A DNA stretch of 64,000 nt from Pelomyxa schiedti (Eukaryota > Protista > Evosea), in contig JAHLWZ010000267.1 in assembly GCA_020536535.1 (NCBI GenBank), positions 17,153 through 81,152 of the forward strand. Reading direction: 5' to 3'. How positions within the stretch are numbered: position 1 is the first letter of the stretch; each line of letters starts with the position of its first letter. This document shows positions 26,340-38,837 of the stretch, piece by piece. Under the pieces are notes generated by a model, which worked only from the letters and a program-made list of their open reading frames with translations, searched no databases and had not been told where the DNA came from. A program made the position numbers and the translations under genes.

Positions 26340-29300
26340 GAGGGGTGCATGTCTGCCAGAGAATCAGGTCTTGCATGAGACCATTGGTTGCTGGAAGTTG
26401 TGAAACGAAATCTTGGTCGTCTGTTGAAAGCTGCAGGAGGACGATCTGAAGTGTGTTGTGTCAGCATGTATTGGGAAGGAGGGCACAAACCAGAGATGAG
26501 AGCCTTGCTTTTTGTGCATCTCCCACAAAGGTAAGCACTCTTTGGGCTACAGCTGCGCTGGGTGCAGAATCGTTGATGACATTGAGGAACGGCGGGTATA
26601 AAAGAAGCGACTCGATGGATTCTGCAACATCCAGCTGCTCCTTTTCTGTCATGAACTTCTTAACCGCACTAAGTCGCTTCTCAGGTGACTCTGGGGCAAG
26701 AAGCTAAATAAAGAGAAACAGGTGGCCAAATTTACTCTTCTCGTCTTCCACCCTCGATTTTTTATGTGGTGTGGCTGATATGTCGTCACCCATCCAGATA
26801 TACTGCGGCACTTCTGTAAGGAAAATATATAGTAAGTGTGTGAGGAGTGAGGGTGTGGGTAATTAACCATATTCAGGGCGCTTGTGGCTAATGGGTGGGT
26901 CCAGGCAAACAAGCACATTTGGGCATGACTTAAAGTTTTGGTATCCAGCATTAATCTTGAACTCCATGTAAGGTTGCCTGATTCCCTGTGAGCCTCGGAG
27001 AAGCTCTTCTATCTGCTTTTTTATGTTTAGACACTCTATCCTCTTTTCGTTTGAATGATCTTTTTGCAGGTTCATAAAGTCCCAATCACTAACAAAATAG
27101 AAAAGCCCTATAGGAAAAATAGAGTAATGTTAGGAGCACAGATACAAGAAGAGAAAATACCTGGTTCTTGTCTTGCCTTGCACACTAGCAAGAACTCCAA
27201 GCATTTACGTAATATTGCCAAGTGTCTCCCACCAGTGGAGAACTGGAAGTCAACAGAAATGTAACGTGGAAGAGGTCCTTGTAGGTGTGCATGTTTTTCA
27301 CCTTTGGGGTGTTTGCTTACATAAGAAAAAAAAAATCTTGTGGTTGCTTTGAGTCAGTGGGCTGCTGCTTACGTAGGATGGCATATGTGCGGAAGTCAGT
27401 CTTTTCCCATGTGCAGTTGCCTCGATCAGATACCCAGAAGCTACACCTTTCAGTAACCAGANNNNNNNNNNNNNNNNNNNNNNNNNNNNNNNNNNNNNNN
27501 NNNNNNNNNNNNNNNNNNNNNNNNNNNNNNNNNNNNNNNNNNNNNNNNNNNNNNNNNNNNNTGGTTGCTTTGAGTCAGTGGGCTGCTGCTTACGTAGGAT
27601 GGCATATGTGCGGAAGTCAGTCTTTTCCCATGTGCAGTTGCCTCGATCAGATACCCAGAAGCTACACCTTTCAGTAACCAGAGAGTCTATACTTGCTTCA
27701 GATAGGGCATGAAACACTTTAATCAGTGGCCTAAGGTCTATTTGACATCAGGATGTGCTGAAAGATATAAAATAAATAGATAAAAATTGCCCTACTACTA
27801 TCAACAAAGTAGTATGAATCGCCATTGTAAACAATGTTATGAATCTGAGACCAGCTTCTTACAAGCTCTGTGACCATATTGTACTCAAAAAGGTTTCCTG
27901 TTATCTCTTTCACTTGTCTCCAAAACTGGAGGGCAGGAACGTCCATAAGCTTGCGCTCTGGTGCACACACCATGGCACATGCCCAGGCTGGTGGATATGT
28001 TACCTTGAGTCCACCTGGAACTGGGATAACAACAGCTATGCCTTGTTTGTTCAAGCAAGAGCCAATGTCAAGAAGAATTTTGTAGCCTTTTTTTTTTGTT
28101 ATATAGTGCAAAGTGCAGCATGACTTTTGAGTCACTTTTAGTCTTTTCTGGAAAAAATAATGTTTCTGGGGAAAGGGTTTGTGCCTCCTTCCTGGCACCA
28201 AGCATAAAGAATTGGTGTAGGATATTTGCTTGTGATTCGGTCCCATCAATCCTTGACTTGGGATTAATAACTGTTTGGATTCTCTACCTGTAAATAACCT
28301 CTGTCTTTTTCTCTGCCAGGTTTTCTCAATGATTTCATTCCAGCAAGGAAGGCTCCCCAGAGTCCCGGCACAGCACATGTCCTTCACACTGTACAATTGA
28401 TTACTAGTGGAGAGGTACAAAAGTATATGTACATTTGTAGAAAATCAAGGAACAGGGAGCGCTGGGCACTATGTAATGAAGATATCTTTAGAGTGATAAA
28501 AAGTAGAATTGGAAAGAGGATATTAGTCTGTGATGAGACTGCACTGACTGAGGACATACTCTTCTCATATCTTTTGCAGGATTTTTCCCAAACAATGTAT
28601 TGGAAACTCCAAAAAAGAGCTTCAATGCCAGAAATACCATATCATCATCAAGAATATTGCTCTAGAAACAAAAAAAAAGTCAGAACAGAAAAGAAAAGAA
28701 AAGGGTTGCTTGCCAGGCATGACTGGAAAGTTCCAAGTGGTATAGGAGAGTGTAATAAACATAGCGCATCACTCCCGGAGAGAAACATTACAACATTAGG
28801 GAATGCTGCCTTGAGGAGTAGAAGATTTCTATAATTGTTGTCAACCAGAAAAGACTGTGCAGGGGGAAAAGTACTGTAAAGCAGCCTTAAATTGTCCTGA
28901 ATCGTCTTTCTGAGTTGCCCATTAGAATAAGCTTGGATATAGAGTGGCTTACCTCAAGTTCACAGTCGAAAAGATGAAGCAAAAAGTGCTTTTCAGGAGG
29001 GTGTTGTGCCAATTCTTCCTTTAGTGGTCCGATTTCCAGTAAGTCCTTGAAGCTATACTCGTTGTATGCTTCAGGAGGCAGGCTTAGTTCTTTGGCTACC
29101 TCATGAATGTCAAAGCTTGGTGTGTTTTCACTCTCACCTATTATCAGTCAACTTCCCCAAGTTGATGTTTGTCATAGAAGTACCCCAAACAGTGTATATT
29201 GTATCCTTTGCTCTGCCCTGCTTTATGATGTCGCAAAGCATATGGAACTGATTAGTCTTGAAAAATACAGGGCAGTTTGTAAGATCCTCTGGGCACACAT

Positions 29301-30163
29301 CCCACTGGAAGTGTGCCAGTGCTCGTGACCACCGGGGACATAGCTCTATGGGTTTCAAGGTGGAAGGAGGTGTTGAGGGAGATATGGGGGTGGATGTGGA
29401 TGTGGATATTACCACTCCGGCACCATCTTGAACCTGTGGCGGTGCTGTATAAAGCAAGGGTGACAGTTGGTCAGAGACAGATTGCGTGTGAGGAGGGGAC
29501 AACTGTGACGCCAGACTGGGAAGGGCAGGTGGTGCCACTGGTGAAGAGGTCGAAACAGGTGGCGAGGTGCAAATCTGTAATGGTGGATCCAGTGTACAAA
29601 TTGGTGGAGGTGGAGCCATGGAGAGAATGGGAGAGTGTGGTAAGGGGCTCACTGAGGAAGCAGCACTTGAAGTGTCCTGGCCTGGTGTCTCTTTCTAATT
29701 TGGGCACAAAAGAAAAATGAAGAAGCCAAGAGGAAAAAGTGCCGGTTTAGTGCAAAAAAATGTAGAGGAGTCAGGAAAGACACACTCGATACCACAGTGT
29801 AGCCAGAGCCAGCTGGACCCCAAAGGGCTGGTCACTGTAGTTCGTGGAATATGGAGCCAGCCAGCTCGCAGCAAAAGAGAAGTAAGACCGAACTGAATTG
29901 CTCGACTTGAAAAGGCCCTCAATGCACTCCCTAACATTGGCATCCCCGCTTTCGTAGCGAAGGCGTATCGGCAAAGCCGCGGCGGCATCTGTGACAGGCA
30001 CTTCGGCAACAAGCCTCTCGATGTATTCCCAGTATTGCCTGTCGAGGGGCCCATAATCGCCGTCGGTGTGGCGTACGTCAAGCGCTTTCCGAAGCGGGCA
30101 GCGGACCCGAATTCCCCTGGTGGGTTCTTTTTTGTCCTTCCCCTTGTTTTTGTTGTTGGGCAT
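26340..30163 (-). CDS. Large multi-exon hypothetical gene (possibly two genes) spanning the scaffold gap
   Basis: Collinear minus-strand ORFs 29771-30205 (MPNNKNKGKDKKE), 29134-29652 (Pro-rich), 27731-28420, 26863-27075 and 26461-26652. No recognised domain. Confidence 0.45.
27462..27561. other. Assembly gap (100 N) flanked by an identical 121-bp duplication (27341-27461 = 27562-27682)
   Basis: The same sequence tggttgctttgagtcagtggg...cagtaaccaga lies immediately before and after the Ns. Confidence 0.95.
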
Positions 30164-30431
30164 CACGTCGACACGCCCCGCAACAGGTCCCACACAAAGC
30201 CACAAACTGATGGGTTAAAAAGAAGCCGCAGTTATCCCGTAAAGCGTAGGATCGCCTTTCAGCCGTAGAGATCATAATCGCGTACCTTTGCTGTTCCCTA
30301 AAAGGAAGAAACACGAAAATCGTAAGTAAAAACATCTGTCTCCGCTGTTGGCCCACAAGCAAATGCCCACTGAGACCCCACAGTCCAAAGGAAGTCTGAT
30401 AAGCCAAAAAAACACAAGGGAAACGTTTTCC

Positions 30432-30580
30432 CACAGGAAAAGGCAACTAAAGTGAACCAGGAAAGAATGATTGTGGGTCTAGTTCAAATTCCTGTCAAAG
30501 CTTATACTAAAAGGTACACAGGAAAAGGCAACTAAAGTGAACCAGGAAAGAATGATTGTGGGTCTAGTTCAAATTCCTGT
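30432..30580. repeat. Perfect 64-bp direct repeat x2 (30432-30495, 30517-30580), 21-bp spacer
   Basis: cacaggaaaaggcaactaaagtgaaccaggaaagaatgattgtgggtctagttcaaattcctgt occurs twice. Confidence 0.92.
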
Positions 30581-30757
30581 AGACATTGTAACATTTCTTG
30601 GTGTTGAAAGCATGGTGTGGCTAGTTTCACATCCCAAAAAACACCTTGTAGAGATTTACAAAACACTTTTTATAATGCTGTATGTTACATTGGATGACAA
30701 TTATGCAACATTTACATTGCACATTGTAAAGAAGGGGAAATGGAGTGTTGGATCATA

Positions 30758-31734
<977 letters not shown>

Positions 31735-32005
31735 GCTATTATTCTTTCCTTCGATTCCTTGGTTTTTGTTTTGTTGTTTTGCTCTGTTGCACTTTCGTAT
31801 GGCTTCTTTTATTTGTTGTTACTGACTCCATCGCTCGTCGCTCCTTTTTATCCCAACAGGTGGGGGGTTTTTGTTTGTCGAAGAAACGAAAAAACAGAGG
31901 TGGGGGTGTTACCACTTCGAGGAAACTGTTTCGATCACCCCTCATCGTCAAATTTCGGTTAGCGTGTTGAATACCGGCTTCCAAACAACACCAAGTCACA
32001 ATCCC

Positions 32006-35000
32006 ATGATGCGGGTTCGGTGCTCTCGGCATGGGGTATCGTGCGGCGAACCCGTCGTGATGCGAGTCTCGGCCCACGTTGACGTTAGGCTCATGGTAGC
32101 CACCGTCACGCTCGACATCGACTGGCTCAACACCACGTCGCTGCCCCGTGGTTCTTCAGTGGAAACAACGTCGAGGAGTGCTATTATGGGAGGGAGTTTG
32201 AGTGAGGCCACTGGTGCCGTTTGTGATTGTGATTATGGGAGTGGTGGTTGCTGGGCAGAAGTGTGCTTCCCTCTAAGTGATGGTGTGTGGTAATTATTAT
32301 GATGCATAATTGAGATAGTGACAGTGGAACGTCACACTCAAACTTGTCTTCTATTTCTTCATTGCCTCTATTTTTAGGAGCCTCTGTGATTGGATATGCT
32401 GTGGATTACGAAAATGCTATGTTGGATGCTGTGATTTGTCCAAAAACCAAGGTCGATTCGAGTTAAAAAAAAAAAGGTCAAATAACGGAGTAGGCATGCA
32501 GGTAAGGGCAATTTTTGAACAGGAAACCAGACAAAATCGTGCCTCCAGTGCTTTGCATAACTTGGCTGGGGGGAATGCATATTCCGTGCAACTGTATTTG
32601 ACCCTGTATTATGCATTTCACTCAAAGTTCATTCCAGGTACCCTTTCAACCACAGAATGACCAGACGTGTAAGGATATCTTACATCTGCAAGCTATTCTT
32701 AAGAAATACAAGTTGCTATTTGGAAATCCCCCTTCCGATCACATCCACAGCTTTCAAGCTTCCCCAGTTGGAAGTTGAGGCAAAAGTGCAGTCGACTGGT
32801 GACAGCACTGGGGCATCGCTCCAACTCATTGGCATTACTTGTAATAAGCCTCCTCCTGAATTTGAGGTTTCATATGTGTCATCTGATCTATATCACGTGG
32901 TTTGGGATGCTGATCAGTTAGAGTTCTCCAGTGGGTCAGCCCTAAGAATTGAAGTTACTATGCCCGTGAAATTCTACAGCGACTCTTACGTGGCTGCTGG
33001 TCAGTGTGTGCAGTCAAATGAATCATATTTTTGCGTGCGAGACCCTTGTCCCCCATGTAGTACTAGGAATCATTCCTCAAGTCCCAGATCCTATGGGATC
33101 TTGTGGGACTCGTCACTGAGCCACTCTCTGTATAAAGTTGACGAGGTTGGCTGAGTTGAGAACAATTTTTCTCCTTCGTAACTTGCAGTAGGAACTTATG
33201 ATCGACATTGTTGAAAATCTCCAAAATGTGACAAGCATTCAGCTTCATACATTTGCGTGCAGTATCAATCAAATCGGTTCCTTCTCTTCAGAGGAGACTG
33301 ACAAAATTCGAAGATGTGTTTTGGGGATTGAATACCAAGGTGGAAGCGATTTTTACTCCCTGCTTGACTTTGTAGACTCCTCCAAAGTGGACACTTGGTT
33401 GCTCTTTTCTGATGGGTTCCCAACAATTGGGCTACATAACGGCAAAAGAAAACTCAGAAACTTGGAAAAACGGGTTTTCACATTTAGCTCTCAGACATGT
33501 AATTCAGGATTCTTATCTGCTTTTGCAAATCACTTTGGTGGGTGCCACTTCTGTATTGATAGTACAACAAACATTTCCTCAATTGTGGACGCCATTCACC
33601 GGCCTCTCACCAGATTCCTTGGAATGGCTGATGAAACAAAAACTATTGTTTTCCATGCATATCCAGAAGAAAGTCTCATTCCACCAAATCAGCAATTCCT
33701 CTTTGCTGGACATTTGGATACAGGGGCTATTACAAGCATTACAAATATTGTTCTGCGCTTCTTGGTGGATGGTAAAGAGGTAGAAAAAAGCTATCCAATG
33801 CCACACATATTCCCCGGCTGCAAAAATTCCATCCTGCAACTCCTTTTTGCCCAGCGTAAACTGGTTCACCTCCAACAACAAGAATCAGTAAAAGAGAAGC
33901 GATATTATGAAGAGATAGTCAATACCAGCAAGCAATTTGGAGTTGTTACTCGTCAGACAAGCTTTGTTATGCTCACCACACTTGAGCAATTTTTGGAGCA
34001 TGATATCGAGCCACCAGACTCACTTCCTCAACTACAAGTACAATTTCAGCTTCTCTCTTCACAGCGAAGAGTAGCACGAGAATTGCGAAAATCCAAACGG
34101 AAAACAGGGATCAATGCGGAATGGGAAAGAGTACTTCTTCGTCTCTCCATGAAAGCTCCTCCTAAGCACCTGTCGCACTTGCTCCTCTCAATTGGAAAGG
34201 TTACTGAAGACTTTGACTTTCTCCCGGTTGAAGTGTCTGTTTGTGATAAGGTATCGCACCCACAAGCAGAAGAAATTCTTGTTGTGCGGGAAGAAAGGTT
34301 TGAGTGCGAAAAAACCCTTGAATACCGTAATCCACCTGGTCAAGATGTCGGGATTATTACTACGCCTTCAATGGAAATAGATTTCACACGAGCCAAACTT
34401 GGGTCTGAACTGGTTGATGGCTGTGTACCTTCCCAGACACTCAGCTCCGAGCCAATGGATAACAATGTTTCTATGACATCCACTGACAAGGATACAATGT
34501 TTGCACAGGAATCCGGAAAAGAAATCTCCCAAAAAGAAAAGATTACTTGCAATCAACAAATAGCCTCAACAATCCCTGTTCAAGAGAAGGTCCCAGATAT
34601 TTGTTGCCAAGGACTGTCCAGTGAGGATAGCACATCCCTAATGAAACACTCACAAGTTATATGCCATGGTGGCCGCAATGAATTCTGTCTTGAATCCAAA
34701 TCAACAATAGGAGTCGAATTCGGAACTTGCTCATTCCAGGTTTCTTCCTTTCATTTCTATTGTGTTGCTCACGAAAATCCTCACCTGAATCCGTAGATTG
34801 AAAAATCTGAAGGTAAATTACAGCTTTGGGACACAGGTATGAACCTCAAGTGGTTGAATGTCGGTTTTAACCCGTGTGTAGCTGGGCAGCAAAGATTCAA
34901 TGCACTAACTCGATCTTTTTATCGAGGCGCTGCTGGAGTTATAATTGTATATGGTATTTGGACTCTCAACAGTCAAAGAATCTCACTATTCAATAGATAT

Positions 35001-37255
35001 AACCAAGCGAAAATCGTTCAGTCAAGTCCCTGTATGGATGGCAAAAGTTATGCAAAATTGTATGACTACAATTCCGGCAATTGTTATTGTAGGGAATAAA
35101 TCTGATTTGAAGGACTTGAGAGAGGTTGGAATAAATCAAATCCAATCTGACATTGTACATGCTCCAGGTTTCCTATTCAGAAGGGAAATTACTGGCCAAC
35201 AGTGTTGGAGCACCTTTTTGCGAAATTTCATGTTTGACAAATGAGAACACACACGAAGTCTTACAACTTCTATACCCAGGAATGTAGGGCCACCCTCGCC
35301 AATTTTTAAAAGACTCACGAAAAACCAGGCTCTTCTCAGATTTAGACAAGTAGGTTTCTTCTGTTCACAACCTTCCCTCTTATTCCTTTGGTAGACTTAA
35401 AACGGAGTTTGTTTTTTATAAGGCGATTCTTCTGGGTTATCTCATTTAAACATTTATTTTGTACTTATTGGGAGGACAGGTGATACAGCTGTTGGGAAAA
35501 CATCCTTACACTCTAGAATAATCTCCAGTAAAGTTAATGTTACATCACTTGTAAAACAGCTTCTCCTGAGGAGAAATAACATCCGGAATGCTGAGGCTAC
35601 TGCTATGGCACGAAAGATCTATCCACAGTGCAACAATCAGATAGTAAGAAATATATCAATCATGGGAGCTCTGGGGGTTGGCAAAACTACTCTCGTTTCC
35701 TCCTTGAAAAAGTTTCTGGGACCACAGCCAACAGTTGGTGATATCAGGACTTGGTTCTATGTTAAAACTGGCAGTAATGCACTGGAGGAGGCATTTCCAT
35801 TCATTGTACATCAATTTTTAGTCCCTCCTACTTCCTCTGAAGACATCAACTTCCTTGCCACTTGTACTTCAATTGTGGTGGTTTATGAGGCCACTAACAA
35901 CTCGTCTTATGAGACTGCTCTCCAGTGTCTTGATTCTGTGAGACTCTATCCGTGCCAGAAGATTCTAGTATGCAATAAGTGTGATTGCAGAGGAGGATCT
36001 GTCACTGGGGTGAATGTGGATTCTGCCCGTGCAGAGGCCTGGAACCGAAATGCCCATTATATTGAAATGAGCGCAAAGCTGTCTCCCCTGAGCATACAAG
36101 ACCTATGGAATTCAGTGGCTTGTGGAGTTCCCCCATCTTACGTTCCATATGAAACCACACCCCCATCACCTCAAGTCGAGGAGATAACCTCAAGTCAAAG
36201 GTGTGTCCACGATAGTAATCACAGTCCACAGTCTCAAACAGTTGGCCCAAGTCCTATTTCTTCTTGTTCCTCATCTCCAGGGCGAAATTACATTCCTACC
36301 AATGTGAATTTCGTTCCAGAACCTCGCAATAGTAGTTTAGTGAAAGTCCCATCGCACTGTGCCAATCCCACAATACTATTTGACGTGTCTTCAAACTTGG
36401 TTACACATTCCAGCAACCCAAGTGCACCTTCTTTATATTTAGAGGCTCTATCAATCTTGTCTGGAGCACTGGAAATAGGATTTGAAGACATTCCCGTAAT
36501 GAGAATGGTTGCTTACAAAATGGAGGAGTGGAGGCTCTACGATCAAGGTTTGAGGAACACTCCTTTGATGTTCACTCCAGCCCTATCAAACCTAAATAAT
36601 GGGAAAAAAAAAAATAGCCAAATACTTGTATGAGAGAATATTGCAGCTTTGTAGTGAGCCCCAAAGCTACCTTGATCTCGCCCAAGTCCTCCTCCGTCTG
36701 AATGACGTGCCAAATGCTCTGCACTACTATAAAATTATCTTGGGGGAGGATAGATGCCCCCATGAGTACTGCGAAGCTGCATTAAATGACCCAAGGTTTG
36801 AGCAAATTGAAATCACTGCACTCCTAGATACATGGTGGCTAAGCCACAGTGCATTAGACTCCCCGCCACCTCCTCAGTTGAGAATTACTCTCAAGTGGAA
36901 CAGTGCCAATACTGACCTTGACCTCATTGTCACGCCAAATGGGGCTACCAATAGTAATATGGGTGTGTTGCCGGTGGCATGCACCACCTTTGCGAATGTT
37001 ACAGAGGAGGGGGGCTGGCTTACCAGGGACTTCAACGCCTATGGGCCGGAGGAATTCATCCTGCCAAAGGTAAGTAAAATACCAAGCACATATTCTGTAT
37101 CAGCCAAGGTATGCTCACACTTGGGGCCGCCAACTGCGAGCGTAGTGACTGCGCTGTATGTGCACTCTTGCGGAGATCTTGTGGCAATGACCTGCACGAG
37201 GCTAGTATGCAAAACTGGGTCTGTGTTTCCGCTTGGCACCGTAACTGTTTCTTGA
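32006..37255 (+). CDS. Multidomain protein: VIT + vWA-like + Rab11-like G2-G5 + displaced P-loop + second divergent small GTPase + TPR + DUF2135
   Basis: VIT-like start; [11 protein letters not shown] (vWA-like); [12 protein letters not shown]; [35 protein letters not shown]; [15 protein letters not shown]; [20 protein letters not shown]; [28 protein letters not shown]; [26 protein letters not shown]. Manual GT-AG splicing of the 3' half (from ~33200) keeps one frame; 5' exons were not fully resolved. Confidence 0.72.
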
Positions 37256-37651
37256 CGAAAATGGAAACCTTCTTCAAACGAATGAACTTTGTTGAGGCTC
37301 AACGAACCTTCGATCTGGATCTGAGGGTGGAGTCACAGAAATGGCTCCAATGACCACACCAGCTCACCAGCTGTAAATAAGAAAAATGCACAAGATCTGG
37401 GCGCGAAGCCTACACAACCCGTGGAGACATTCGTTCCCTGCGTTGTCAATCACTCTTTTATCAAGTTCTTTTTTGTTGTTTATTTTTTCGTTCCTTTCCT
37501 TCGCAAAGCGGAGATTTAGAAAACAAAAAGAAAACCTTCCGTTGTGGTGCGTCGTTTGACGTCGTTTACCGCCGAGATTAATCTTGCCACCGGCCCATAC
37601 ACTTTTACCGCATTATTTTGTTTTATTCGGGTGCAGTCAGGGCGGTGCGTG

Positions 37652-38674
37652 ATGTCGGACCCATCGTTCAAAGTTGTGCTCCTTGGGGAGGGTAGTGTCG
37701 GAAAGACGTCACTGTTGTTGAGATATGTGCGCAATGAGTACTCAAGTATTGCTTTCCCGCCTTTTCTCCTTTTTTTTTTTTTTCCCCTTCGGTCGTCGTG
37801 TAGTGCCAAACCTTCCAATCAACCCAATGGCACTGATATTAACTAATATCCGCCACAAAAAAAGGTGACCACGTCCAGACAGTACAAGCATCCTTTCTAC
37901 CAAAAAGGGTCACACTAGAAGGAAAATCGGCAAGACTGCTAATTTGGGTTTCATACTACAATCCACTTTCCTATCAACAACTTACAGCACAACAGGACAC
38001 TGCCGGGCAAGAGAGATTCCATGCTTTGGGCCCAATATGTATGTCCTCTCCCTTTATGTTTTGTTTTTTCCTTATTATTTAAACAAAATTTCGCAGATTA
38101 TCGTGATGCTCACGGTATTCAATTTCCTGTTATGTGTAGTGATTCGTCTGATCTTATCAAAAGGAGCTCTTCTTGTGTATGACATCACAGATAAGGAATC
38201 ATTCGATAGAGTACAAGTTTGGGTTAAAGAGCTTCGCAAGATGCTAGGAAACGATATAGTACTTAGCATTGCAGGTTAGGAGTATGCACATGAAACAACA
38301 CATTACCCACTTCTCAACAACCTCACACTGTGCTTGTTTTACATTGTTCTTTATAAATTATGCTGAAGATTCAACAAGGCAACAAAGTGGATTTAGACAG
38401 AAACCGTGTAGTTGAGTTACAGGAGGCAGAGGATTATGCAGCCAGTGTTGGGGCGAAACACTACCTTACATCTGCTAAGTTGAATAAAGGAATTGAAGAA
38501 ATGTTCAAAGACATTGCCAAAAGTGAGATTAGCTCCACTCCCACCCCACTCCATCTCACATTATTGTAAGGACTTCTCGAGGTGCCCCTAAAAGAAGTGG
38601 AACCCCGCAGAGGAATTGTTCCCGATCCTCTTCCACCAAAGAAGAAGAATGACGGCTGTTGTGGCTCAGATTAG
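37652..38674 (+). CDS. RAB21: Rab21-like small GTPase
   Basis: FKVVLLGEGSVGKTSLLLRY; [13 protein letters not shown]; VKELRKMLGNDIVLSIAGNKVDL; TSAKLNKGIEEMF; C-terminal DGCCGSD. Confidence 0.88.
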
Positions 38675-38837
38675 ACATTCAGGCTTATCTTTTTAAAAAA
38701 AAAACCAAACTATTGTTCAACAACATAAAAAACAGGCACCAAATGTGCCCTAACAAGAAGTAAGTTTTTGTCTCAATGAAAAAAAAAGAAGTCTTGTCTT
38801 TCAATTAACAGTCACGTTTTTACTCAAGCCCCTTCAT

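Noticed and set aside
27341-27682. 121-bp direct repeat around the N-gap as an LTR or mobile element
   Set aside because: An exact duplication abutting both sides of a 100-N gap is typical of unmerged contig overlap; no transposon features.
30432-30580. Direct repeat plus spacer as a CRISPR array
   Set aside because: Only two units, 64 bp long, in a eukaryotic context with no cas genes.
36590-36633. Frameshift or pseudogene at the A11 run in the DUF2135 gene
   Set aside because: A GT-AG intron (36548-36617) restores the frame and the TPR motif.
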